A DNA stretch of 64,000 bases from Macrostomum lignano (lineage: Eukaryota): NCBI GenBank assembly GCA_002269645.1, contig NIVC01000001.1:930001-994000 (forward strand), given 5' to 3'. The position numbers and the translations under genes are program-made. The stretch's first letter is position 1; every line of letters begins with the position of its first letter. The notes beneath the pieces were generated by a model, which was not told the DNA's origin, ran no database searches, and was given only the letters and a program-made list of their open reading frames with translations. Shown here one piece after another: positions 12,688 to 23,736 of the stretch.

Positions 12688-14151
12688 TCACTGACAAATT
12701 ACATCGTCATATACATGTAACATCTCAAAAAAGCTGGCGGCAAAGTCGGCGCTCGGATCCATCGACGAACTCTCGTCTTCGAAACCCGTGACGTCATCCC
12801 ATTCGACCACATTGAAACGGTTGCCTCCCTCCTCGGCGAACTTGACCAGAGCGTCGCGGAACTCGGCCAGATGAGCTCGCACATCGCCAGTCCTGATGCC
12901 ACCGAATCTGCACTCTGCCTGCTTCCGGATGCCGAGTACGCAGGTGGGAATTTCGAACGCGATTCTCCTCGATCGCCAGTCGTGCACTCGAAACGAGTAG
13001 CGCCTGCCGCTGGCCGCTCGAAACTCGTGCACACTCGACTGAGCTCCGAGCTCCGCAAGCCGGCTCAGAAACTTGGACTCGTCCGGGTAGCGACCGCTCT
13101 TCGGGATCACGAACGTGTACGGCAGGTCGAACGGGATTGGCTCTCCAGAGCTGGACAGCTGCTGCATGTCTGAAATGAGTAAAGATGCTCAGTTAGACCA
13201 ACAGCTAAGATCAAGCTAATACTCGTAGTAATGACGTCACATCAGTTTTGAAATAAGTCACTACTTACAATCACTGAGGGGCTGCGCGAATCCGATCCAC
13301 GTGTTTGCCGCCATCGCGAACGCCATCGACATCAGAGGAAGCTCGTCTCTGACCGACTCTGCGCTTGACTGCTGAGCAGCTCTCGATACGAAACTCCACT
13401 CGTCAATCAACAGAAAGTCCTCAACTGCAGCAAGCATCTGTGACCGTAAAGAGTCACCGTCCTCCGCGATGTCGATCACGTGAAGCGAGCTCGGCTCCGA
13501 CTCCGCTACCTCCTCCGAGCTGGTGTCGCTGAGCTCTCTCAGAATCGAGTTCGCTCTCGGGTGGCTCTGGATGAAGCGCAACTCGTTTCTGAACTGCTGG
13601 AACATTGCCGTCTTGTCCTGATCGGCCATCCTGAGCTTCTGCATGACGAACATGGGTGCAGCGTAGCCGCAGAAGACCACTGCGTGCGAGTAGGTCGACT
13701 GGTCCTTCGTGAGCGGCCTCTCCAGCTGCAGCAGGTACGCCGTTACTCGCTTCTTGTAGCCGGGACTGTCGAACTCGAGACACAGCTCAGTCGATGCGGT
13801 GCTCACCTTGCTGCAGCCAGGAAACAGCATCTGCGGACACACACAGGATACCGGCTGATTCTGGCTGCTCACAGCGCGCTCGTCCAGCAGCAAGAAGTAC
13901 TTGGCAACGACTAGGATATTGCTGGGGTCGATATCGGTGAGTCCGAAGTTTATGAGCACTTGTTCTCGGATGAGGCCTTGAGTATCGAGCAGTGACGAGC
14001 GGATCTGGTGTCGCATGTTGGGCAGCACGTAGCCGAGGAACCCGACGGCCAGTTGCCAAGCGAAACTCTCACCTGGGCAAGCGTTTCTTCGTTGAACCGA
14101 ATTGTCGTTAATCTTTTTAATAGATGTACAGGTATCATTACTGGATTGCAT
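12688..14151 (-). CDS. STING-like copy B: tandem STING-STING without an intact TIR exon (454 aa from ATG 14151)
   Basis: Exons 14151-13269 and 13169-12688 with a 99-nt phase-1 GT-AG intron as in copy A. Near-identical to A from PGESFAWQ onward. The upstream acceptor of A/C is replaced by unrelated open sequence. It could be a 5'-truncated pseudogene. Confidence 0.6.
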
Positions 14152-15279
14152 CTTTGATCTTTTGACAAATCTCTGATGTGTTTGAGTCAAACTGGAACAC
14201 TCTCCAAACGCTACGGTTTCTTATTGTGAGGAGAGACTTTGTATCCTCTTATTTCAGTTGATTTTTGTTCCTTTAACGTTGTCTGCTACATGAATAAAAA
14301 CGTTGAGTTTGCCGTGGAAATTCCATGAAAAAGCTTGTGTGCCGCGTACGAGTTGGCTGGTAAAAACGACGGTATTTCCGCGGGAAGTCCTCGGACAAGC
14401 CCCGGAATCTTTGCGAAAACATTTTAGTTCCTAATAAGACGGTCACTTTGAAACGTAGAAGTACTGCTGTTTATTGTAGTTTGAAAGTGAATTCTCCATT
14501 GCTAACCTCTGTAGGACCTATCTTCCCCAGCCGTTAATTCTAGTAGAATCAAGATTTAGTATAGGAGGATTTGTTAGTAAAGTGTATTTAAAGGCAAAAT
14601 ATTGCGTTCGCATATTTTTTGGAATGCAGTTCTCGAATGCTTTGATTTAATAACCCAATGATAATGATTTCAGTTATACATACAATGAATATATGTACAC
14701 ATAGTTAAGAAATTAAATGGTTAAATCAATGGACTAGAACGCGAAAAGCGAAATTCAGTTTTTGCCCGTAAACTATTCAAGCACTGGCGTTTTACGCTTG
14801 AATTATATTGGCTCTACAAAAGCGGAATATACAATAGTTTTATTCAGATGGCTTGAATGAATGGCTACCCGGAAGGATTATTTATATGTACAAGTCTCAG
14901 GCGCTAGTGATTAGGCAAAATAACAAGGAAGATTGACAATGAAAATGCAATACTCGTACGCATTGATAGAGTTTGAAATACTGACACGAGCACAGATGCG
15001 TCCATCAATCAAAATTGACAGTAATCCATAGACTTATTAATTCCTTGCTGCCATTATACTTCTTTTACGAGTATTCCAAAAAATCCGACCGATCCAAGGA
15101 TTCTTGACTGCTAGACCCAATAACGCCATGTCTACCACGATTGAGACGATAGCAGATTCCAGATCGCAGAAAACGGCATGTTGCAGGTCCGTTAATGCTC
15201 GTGATTTTGCAGTCGCTTATAAATGCCAAGGACGTCAGCCAGAGAAGGATGGATTTTATAGCGTGAATCATTTCTGCTT

Positions 15280-17499
15280 CTAATCTGTTGCTGTCAACAA
15301 GCCAAGAAGAGATTTTGCTAACTCGATGTTGTTCGGTTCGGTCACAAAGCATTCATCGAAACCAGTGACGTCATCCCATTCGACCACGCTAAAACGGTTG
15401 CCTTCCTCCTCGGCGAACTTGGCCAGGGCATCGCGGAACTCGGCCAGATGAGCTCGCACATCGCCAGTCCTGATGCCGCCGAATCTGCACTCTGCCTGCT
15501 TCCGGATTCCGAGCACGCATGTCGGAATTTCGAACGCGATTCTTCTCGATCGCCAGTCGTGCACTCGAAACGAGTAGCGCCTGCCGCTGGCCGCTCGAAA
15601 CTCGTGCATACTCGATTGCGCTCCGAGCTCCGCGAGCTGGCTCAGAAACTTGGACTCGTCCGGGTAGCGACCGCTCTTCGGGATTACGAATGTGTACGGC
15701 AGATCGAACGGGATTGGCTCTGCAGAGCTGGACAACTGCTGCATGTCTGAAATGAGCACAGATTCTCAGTCAGGCTAGCAGGTATGACGTATCTAATAGC
15801 AATGACGTATCTAATAGCAATGACCTATCTAATAGCAATGACGTATCTAATAGCAATGACGTATCTAATAGCAATGACGTATCTAATAGCAATGACGTAT
15901 CTAATAGCAATGACGTATCTAATAGCAATGACGTATCTAATAGCAATGACGTATCTAATAGCAATGACGTATCTAATAGCAATGACGTATCTAATAGCAA
16001 TGACGTATCTAATAGCAATGACGTATCTAATAGCAATGACGTCACATCCGTCTTAAATACGCCACTACTTACAATCACTGAGTGGTTGCGCGAATCCGAT
16101 CCACGTGTTTGCCGCCATCGCGAACGCCATCGACATCAGGGGAAGCTCGTCTCTGACGACTGACTCTGAGCTTGACTGCTGAGCAGCTCTCGATACGAAA
16201 CTCCACTCGTCAATCAACAGAAAGTCCTCAACTGCAGCAAGCATCTGTGACCGTAAAGAGTCACCGTCCTCCGCGATGTCGATCACGTGAAGCGAGCTCG
16301 GCTCCGACTCCGCTACCTCCTCCGAGCTGGTGTCGCTGAGCTCTCTCAGAATCGAGTTCGCTCTCGGGTGGCTCTGGATGAAGCGCAACTCGTCTCTAAA
16401 CTGCTGGAACATTGCCGTCTTGTCCTGATCGGCCATCCTGAGCTTCTGCATGACGAACATGGGTGCAGCGTAGCCGCAGAAGACCACTGCGTGCGAGTAG
16501 GTCGACTGGTCCTTCGTGAGCGGCCTCTCCAGCTGCAGCAGGTACGCCGTTACTCGCTTCTTGTAGCCGGGACTGTCGAACTCGAGACACAGCTCAGTCG
16601 ATGCGGTGCTCACCTTGCTGCATCCAGGAAACAGCATCTGCGGACACACACAGGATACCGGCTGGTGCTGGCTGCTCACAGCGCGCTCGTCCAGCAGCAA
16701 GAAGTACTTGGCAACGACTAGGATATTGCTGGGGTCGATATCGGTGAGTCCGAAGTTTGTGAGCACTTGTTCTCGGATGAGGCCTTGAGTATCGAGCAGT
16801 GACGAGCGAATCTGGTGTCGCATGTTGGGCAGCACGTAGCCGAGGAACCCGGCGGCCAGTTGCCATGCAAAGCTCTCGCCTGGGCTGCTAAACGAGTTGT
16901 CTGAAAGAGGAGGCCATTGTGCATGTGTTTTTCTTATTTTTTAGTCCGTATTGTAGGTATTGTACAGTAGTAACTAATGTATGGTTTATGTTATTAAACT
17001 TTGACCTACCATTGTGGTTTTCTCTCAGTATTTCTTCGAATTTTTCCATGGATAACGCTTGAAGATCGTAGGACCAGAAGACGTCGCTGCGGTTCTTTTC
17101 ATGCGTTTCGGTATCGTTGCGATTGTCATTGTTTTTCACTACATGAAGAACTTTCCTTCTTTTGTTGAGGCACTGGAAAATAAATAAAATTCCTAGTTAA
17201 TGCATGTCGTTGTTTGATATTCTATGTCCATATAATGAAATAGAAATGTCAATTTGACATACCAAATCTACGGCTAGTGACCATAGTGATCGTATTGGAT
17301 GTGTTTTTATCTCAGGCCTTTGATTTTCTACTATCACAATTGCATCGGAGACTTCTATTTGCTTCTCAAGTTCCACAGTGTCTTTCACATCGGAAACAAC
17401 AACATCTACTTGGCCAAATACACGCTTGAAGATTCTTAGCAGACAGTCGCGTTCAACAATTCCTTGCTCAGCGGCTCCGATGGTAAATATCAAAATCAT
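15280..17499 (-). CDS. STING-like copy C: TIR-like domain plus two tandem STING CBDs (564 aa)
   Basis: Exons 17499-17263, 17172-17010, 16900-16073 and 15746-15280; all GT-AG, phases 0/1/1, open throughout. An acceptor (tttcag) lies 3 nt before the ATG. The N-terminus MILIFTIG..QIEVSDAIVIVE..SLWSLAVDL|CLNKRRKVLHVVK has a TIR-like beta/alpha pattern. Confidence 0.8.
15784..16044. repeat. 18-bp minisatellite ATGACGTATCTAATAGCA x14 in the last intron of copy C
   Basis: Directly visible; absent from the 99-nt paralogous introns of A and B. Confidence 0.97.
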
Positions 17500-18134
17500 C
17501 GTCTGAAAGGAAAAAAGCAAAAGTTAAAATCAGTACAAAACCTTTCAGTACTTTCCAAGCCGTAGAAGATTAACTAATTCAGATTTTATTTATTCAGAGC
17601 AGCCAAATCAAAATTGTCTCCGTCGACTGGTATGAATAGCCAAGTTGCATTTTTTGCATGTCTCGTAATAAAGCGCCCAATTATACTACGAATTATACAG
17701 ATTCTGGATTAAGCGTATTCCATTTCACGTTCTATTCTAATGAGTTCGACTTCCTAACTCATCCGCACGTGGGTCATTCTGAGCAAATTTTTAAGTGCTA
17801 AGCAAATTAGTTAGCTACCGATCTACCAGTGTAGGAAACCAGTGTGTATTTGCACTGATGAAAAGGCTTTTGGGATGGATGTTCGGCATTTACCGATGAT
17901 TCTAGCTGCTGGCTTCAATTCTGTTCAGGTCAATGGACTTCACTTAAGACGAGAGCCGAGACAAGAGTACTGCTTGAAGATAAATGCTGAAGCTTTTGGT
18001 TGGAAATTTGTGCTTTATTGAAGCTAAGCCTAAGTTCGGCACTTCTGCTCTAAACCAAAACGGCATTTAGTTAAACATTTTTTCTAGCATTTTAAGTATT
18101 CTATAATTCCGCCCACCATTTCAAGCGATAGTTG

Positions 18135-18368
18135 GAGCCCGTCGAAAAATAATTGTCTGTTAATAGTGTCGATATGTAACAAATCGCAAATCCACTTGTT
18201 CTGTTTGGCACAGCAATATGCTGATTAGCATAATATAGTGTCATAACTGTGCTAACTGTGCAGAAATGACAGTTGAGGACAATTCAAAATGTGTCAATTA
18301 GCACATTTTGTTGGCACAGTTGGCAGAGTTGCAGATTTTGTTAGGACAATTATTTTCCGCCGGGAGTG
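18135..18368. mobile_element. Degenerate MITE-like element
   Basis: Imperfect ~22-bp inverted repeats: GAGCCCGTCGAAAAATAATTGTC versus GACAATTATTTTCCGCCGGGAG. Confidence 0.35.
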
Positions 18369-19743
18369 TATTAAACTTGTTTCATGCGCTCATATGGTGC
18401 TACTTAGATAAGTAGTTTTTCACGATTCTAACCAAAGTAATGGCGCATATATATTCAAGAGAATTGGTAAACGTGTCAGTCCTTAAACGATTTCTTTGGT
18501 AAAACATACGAGTCTCAGCTGGGCGCACAGTTAACGAGCCACAAGCTTAACAACTATGGTTGAGAATGCACTGAAACCTCAGTAAGAAAATTGTGAGATC
18601 TAGAAATTCGTATCTACAGCATTCAGCTTTCACTGTATAGTGTGCTCTATCCCGTTCTTTGTCCATCCACAAAATTTACTCAATTGAAAAGCTTTAATCT
18701 TTTCTCTTCAATACGCACTTACCAGTAAAAGATTTTAGGTTGATTCTGAAGAAAACTTTCGAAATCTCTCGATTTAGGCTTTTCTCGTTGAATGCTGGTA
18801 ATTTGAAATCGCAGCAAGTTGACGATAGAGGAGTAGGAAAACGAATCTCAGAAGCTTAGGGCTTCAAAGTATAAGGAAAGACAACAGAGAAATCCGCTGA
18901 CAATCCACGGCATTTCCACGGGTGTTCAGGGGAGAAGCCGCAGCAAGCCGCGGCAAGAGTGCATTCAGTGCGAAGCATTACTTGTTTGCGACAAATCATG
19001 GCTATTTTTAGAAATCACGCGACTCAGGCCACTGGAATGGAATGCCCACGGAAAAACCGTCCTGTCTGAACATGGAACTAAACACAGCAAATTCATAGCT
19101 TCAACATTCTACTTATATAAGCTTACAAGCGGAATTTTGTTTTCTTATTGTTTTTAATAATCGTCGATTACTCAAACAAAGGCCTCAAAATTGTTTTATA
19201 CTTGTAAATAATAATTTATTGAAGTATTGACTCATTGTTACTACTTCAAACAGCGGATGCTGAACGATTTTAACCATAAATGAAATACTGATTAGGCAGG
19301 GCTTAGCCAGAGGGAGCAAGGGGTGGCGGCTCAAAAATTACGAGTATAGACGTTATTGGCGCTCCGTTGTACTCAAATAAAATGGCATCCTCAAAAATAG
19401 CGCCACGATGCGCAAATAACAAAATAAAAGCTAATTTTTAACTGTTTATCTAAAATATTCAACTATTATACCGAATTATCGATATATTTTATGAAAACAT
19501 CAAAACTTTGCTATGGAAAAAAGCACCTTCTATAAAATGACAACAAAGCGATTGAAATAGCCAAACAGGCCAATACATACTGACGAGCGAAATGGGCGAA
19601 AATTGAATTATAAAATGGCCGATACAATATGTGTTTTATTCACATCAGCAAACATCAGCAAAATTGTGATAAAAATATGAGGAAAATAAGAGTACAGACT
19701 AATGCATGCAAGCAAGTTTAAGAAATCTCTACTTGTTATTAAC

Positions 19744-20574
19744 CTAATCGTAGTTTGATTTAAAGAATTTTCTCGATTCGTCATCTGCGAAGACCCTCTC
19801 GAGCGCGTCCGACGGCGCCAAGTGTCGACAGAAAGTTTTCGTCAGGCCAGTCCAGAACCCGAACGAAAGTTCAGCCAGCATGGTCTTGAATGTCATGATG
19901 TACTCGTCAAGGTTCTGCTTCAGTCTCGTCCGACACACGCCTCCGACGCCGCTCTTGGCTTGCCCGCGAAGGTTCGCACGGCGGCACATCAAAGGCCGCT
20001 CTTAGCTCTCCGCGCGAGTTTGACTTTGATGTGTAAAAACTGAAACTGTAATAGCTGTTCTCGTTGTCTTCAAACTGACTCCAAGCTCACTTGGACTGGT
20101 ACAAATAAATGATCGAACGTGAGCGTAACGATGTTGTTTTGACACCAGCACATTGTCCTGATAATTTGAAACGGATTCGCTGCCAAGAAACGACAATGAG
20201 GCCGACTTTGCTGGCGCTGCACTGCTTGCTGTCTGAAAGTCCGAAAATCAAACTTGAATTTTAGATTTCTGCGAGTTCTCGATAGAGTTGGAACTAGCCA
20301 CTTGCCCACACCCTCTCGAGCAAAAGGACACCCAAAAGATGAAGACTTACCCCCCCCCCCACTCTGAGAGTTTCTTTACCGTAGTAGATAATCAATCATC
20401 TTACAGTTAACATGCATTAAGACATGCAGCAATACCTTTGGAATTTCGTCGCAATGCCTCATCAATTTGTTGCAGATTATTAGAACGTCGAAATTTGGAT
20501 CAAAAGCAGACTGGTTCGCAGGTCAGCAACACGGACCTGCAGGCTTCCAGATGACTCCATGCTTCAGCGTCAAC
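19744..20574 (-). pseudogene. Frameshifted relic (D) of a gene-F-type TIR/STING gene
   Basis: 19760-20050 is clearly similar in DNA to the last exon of F, with a 5-nt deletion (TGC-GAAC versus TGCGTGCTGAAC, ~19975) and further indels. 20574-20436 resembles the first exon of F (GTTGACGCTGAAGC versus GCTGACGCAGAAG; RSVLLTCEP versus QSVVLVCDP) with an in-frame TGA. Confidence 0.75.
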
Positions 20575-21574
20575 CGCTTGAGAAATCCTGAACCATTGGT
20601 CAGCATGAATGTTTTATGATGCTATTGTACTTTTAAGAGAGGCAAAATTACAAAACCCGATCATTTACCTTTGTAGCGCTATGGGATTATAAACATTACA
20701 AAAGCTAAATTTGAATTATTTATATTTTATCACCGTCTGCACCTTCAAACTGCAAGTTAAGCACCCCATTGTCGTTTGTCTGATAACTGACTCGCCAATT
20801 TTTCTGACTAGAAACTGAAAGTCGGGCTTCAATAACTTTTTCTACTTGTAAATAAGCCTTGAACAAGAGACGTTCGATTTGCAATTGATCTATAGAAGTC
20901 CGAAATGAGAAGAGGTGATCTGTTTTATGCTAGAATCAGCAAACTTTTAGACGCTAACACATTCGATTGATTTGTTAGCTCAAACTGATTTTACTTAACA
21001 TGCAGCCCAGATGCACATACCTGACTCGACATGCTTTACGACGAAGATGTTAAAGCGACAGGACGATCAGAAATTGCTTTTTTTGAAAGCGGGTATTGCA
21101 AAATAAGTTGCCAAATAGGAAACTCGAAAGCAGAAATTCAAACTTGCATAGTTCAGTAAATTGCTCTCTATCGCAGCAAAATTTGTGGCAAAAAGCGCAG
21201 AGAAATCCGCTGAATCTCCGCGGCAGTTCCACGGATGCGCCCTGGACTGCCCCAGTCGAGTGGCGAAGTCACAAATGGAATTATTTTTAGCTATTACTTG
21301 TACAAAAGTTGAGATTATTTGCAATTCGATAAAAGAAAACTAAACCCGAATCGAAACTAATGGAATCAAATAAGCATGCCGCTAATAAACAAGAAATTTT
21401 GATCACTCTAGATTTCTAGAAATAACCGAAGATGCATTGTTATGTGAACTCTTAAAATGAATCATCAAATGATTTCTTCGACGCACTACAAGTATTTAAT
21501 TAAATAGAATATTATAGAATTTTCTATCTAAGAGCATATATTTTGTAATATGGCTTACGCAAGCCAGGAGCGAA

Positions 21575-21669
21575 GACTATGGAGAGTGCTGTCTATGGCA
21601 GCGGAGACTATGGAGAGTGTTGTCTATGGAAGGGGAGACTATGGAGAGTGCTGTCTATGGCAGCGGAGA
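21575..21669. repeat. 31-bp tandem repeat x3 (GACTATGGAGAGTGCTGTCTATGGCAGCGGA)
   Basis: Directly visible. Confidence 0.85.
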
Positions 21670-22824
21670 ATACTTACTGAGATTCTCCGCTAGCAAAACA
21701 CTAGTGGGATAAATTCAGTTCTGTTGTGTTTATATCTCAAAATAAAAATTGAAGTGATTTGGAAGAATTGTCTAACCACTAATGCAAAACAAAATTTTGG
21801 CGAAGCCTGTGACTAAAATATCTACAAAAAGAAATTAGATGCCCCTTATAAACGATTTTTCATCACTTCATGGTCTTGGAACAAGTTTTCATTAAAAGTC
21901 AGTTCCAACTACTCAAACATTCTTGATGCGATCAAATTTCCGAGAAAAAAAGCATTAAGCAAGGACCCTTTTATGGCAATATAGTTCGAATGGTTAAAAT
22001 AACACATTTCAAGGCTTTTGCATAGCAATTTGCAATTGCATTTTCAAAGGTGCCTAGAATGGCTCGTGGACACTAATAGACCCCTGGCAATGCAGTAAGC
22101 AACCAGCGAAACTAAAACTGGCTGGAAAATAGCGCCGTTCCAAGGCTTGTGTCAGTTTTTTATCAACTGTCATAAATTAATAAATTGTGCAAGTAAGCAA
22201 ACACATACTAGAGCCGGGGCATTTTAGTCACTATCGGCAGGCGTATGCATTGCACAAAACAGATGAGTGCTCGGTGCGGTGCAGCACAGCAACAAGCTAC
22301 TCGTACCTGCGTTCGCATTTTGAGCCGGCAGCCTGCTTTTTCTACTCTTTAAAGCAGAAAGAGGCAAACTGTAGCTGCACTAGGTAGCATAGATAAGAAC
22401 CGCCTGGTTACTAAGCTAAAGTAAGAAAAATGTTTCAAGATTGTTCAAATAGTAGACTAATTTTAATAAATAAAAAATGAGTAGATTACAGAATTTTATT
22501 AATAGGACTGAATCAAATTTAGAATTACGTCGTAATAATGATTTCTGGCATGGCACGCAGAACTTGATTTTAAACATCGCATGACTACGACTTCTTAATG
22601 GCGCAGAGAATTATTAATGAGTTACAGCATGTCTATCACCTCACAGAGGATTAAGCAGCAAGACATTGGTTATGCATGACTACATCAAAACATAAAATGA
22701 AGTGTTAAAGTTAACGATGTCTGCTAGATGTTAGGTTCAAATCATGCCTGCTGACTGGACATTGTTCTAGATAAATTATTATTGTACACCTTTTTAAAAG
22801 ATTATTGGAATAACACAGTTAGAA

Positions 22825-23152
22825 CAGGGGTCTGCAACTTTTTCTACCTCAAGGCCAGATAAAGAATCAAGCTCATAGCTGCGGATTAGGTGAGAGAGGA
22901 AAGGAGAGGGAATAGAAATGAGAGATAAGAGCGGAGAGAAGGGGCGAGAGAAGCGGGGAGAGAGGGAAGGGAAGAGAGGAGAGGAGAGGGGAGAAAGACG
23001 GAGAGAAGAGGGCAGAGAGAAGAGATGGAAGAAGAGAGAGGGAAGGGGAGAGAGGAGACAAGAGGAGAGGAAGAGAAGAGAGAGCTGAGAAGAGACACAA
23101 CCTTGAGCGAACCGGATAGAGAGGCTTCGCGGGCGGAGTTTGCCGACCCCTG
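22825..23152. mobile_element. hAT-family MITE with GA-rich interior
   Basis: TIRs CAGGGGTCTGCAAC / (rc) CAGGGGTCGGCAAA; 8-bp target-site duplication AGTTAGAA / ACTTAGAA (7 of 8 match). Confidence 0.8.
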
Positions 23153-23736
23153 ACTTAGAACGAAACAATCAATGAAAGGTTTCGACTAAAAATTAACCAA
23201 GAAAAGCAGAAGCTTACGTTAACAAACTGAAAGCAAATACTGCTAGCAGATAATTTAAAAAATCTAACAATTAATTAAACTGACTAAAGAAAACTACTTT
23301 ACCATTTTTCCTACTAATTACTGACAAAAATGATCATCACGCATATCGTATGTGGAAATTAAGTGGCAAGTATACATAAGGAAATTAGCACTCATTTGGA
23401 TGGTTAATGAATTTTTAATGAAACAAACAAAAAATAATTTCGACTTTTGGCAAACTGAATACAAGACTGCAACAGACATGGTCGATAATTACAAGTTAGG
23501 TGAGGAATTAGAAAAAGGCACAGCACAAAATCACAGCTACTGTTTAATCCAGAGTTAAAAGTAGCTTTGACATAAGTAGCATCTAATACTATTGTAAATA
23601 ATAATGAATCCGATGATGTATCGACGCGTGCAGGACTGTTCGTCAGATGGGTCTCAAGGAAATGGTGAAAATCTTTTTGGCAGATAAGGAAACCCGCTCC
23701 TTTAACAACAGTCGTACTTGGAGTGCGGCTAGCATT

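Noticed and set aside
15065-15352. 95-aa ORF overlapping the end of copy C
   Set aside because: Different frame, no recognisable motif, and no counterpart after copies A or B.
6465-16866. Antisense and alternative-frame ORFs over the STING exons (e.g. 7219-7653, 13480-13914, 16287-16721)
   Set aside because: Shadow ORFs of GC-rich coding sequence; they recur only because the cassette is duplicated.
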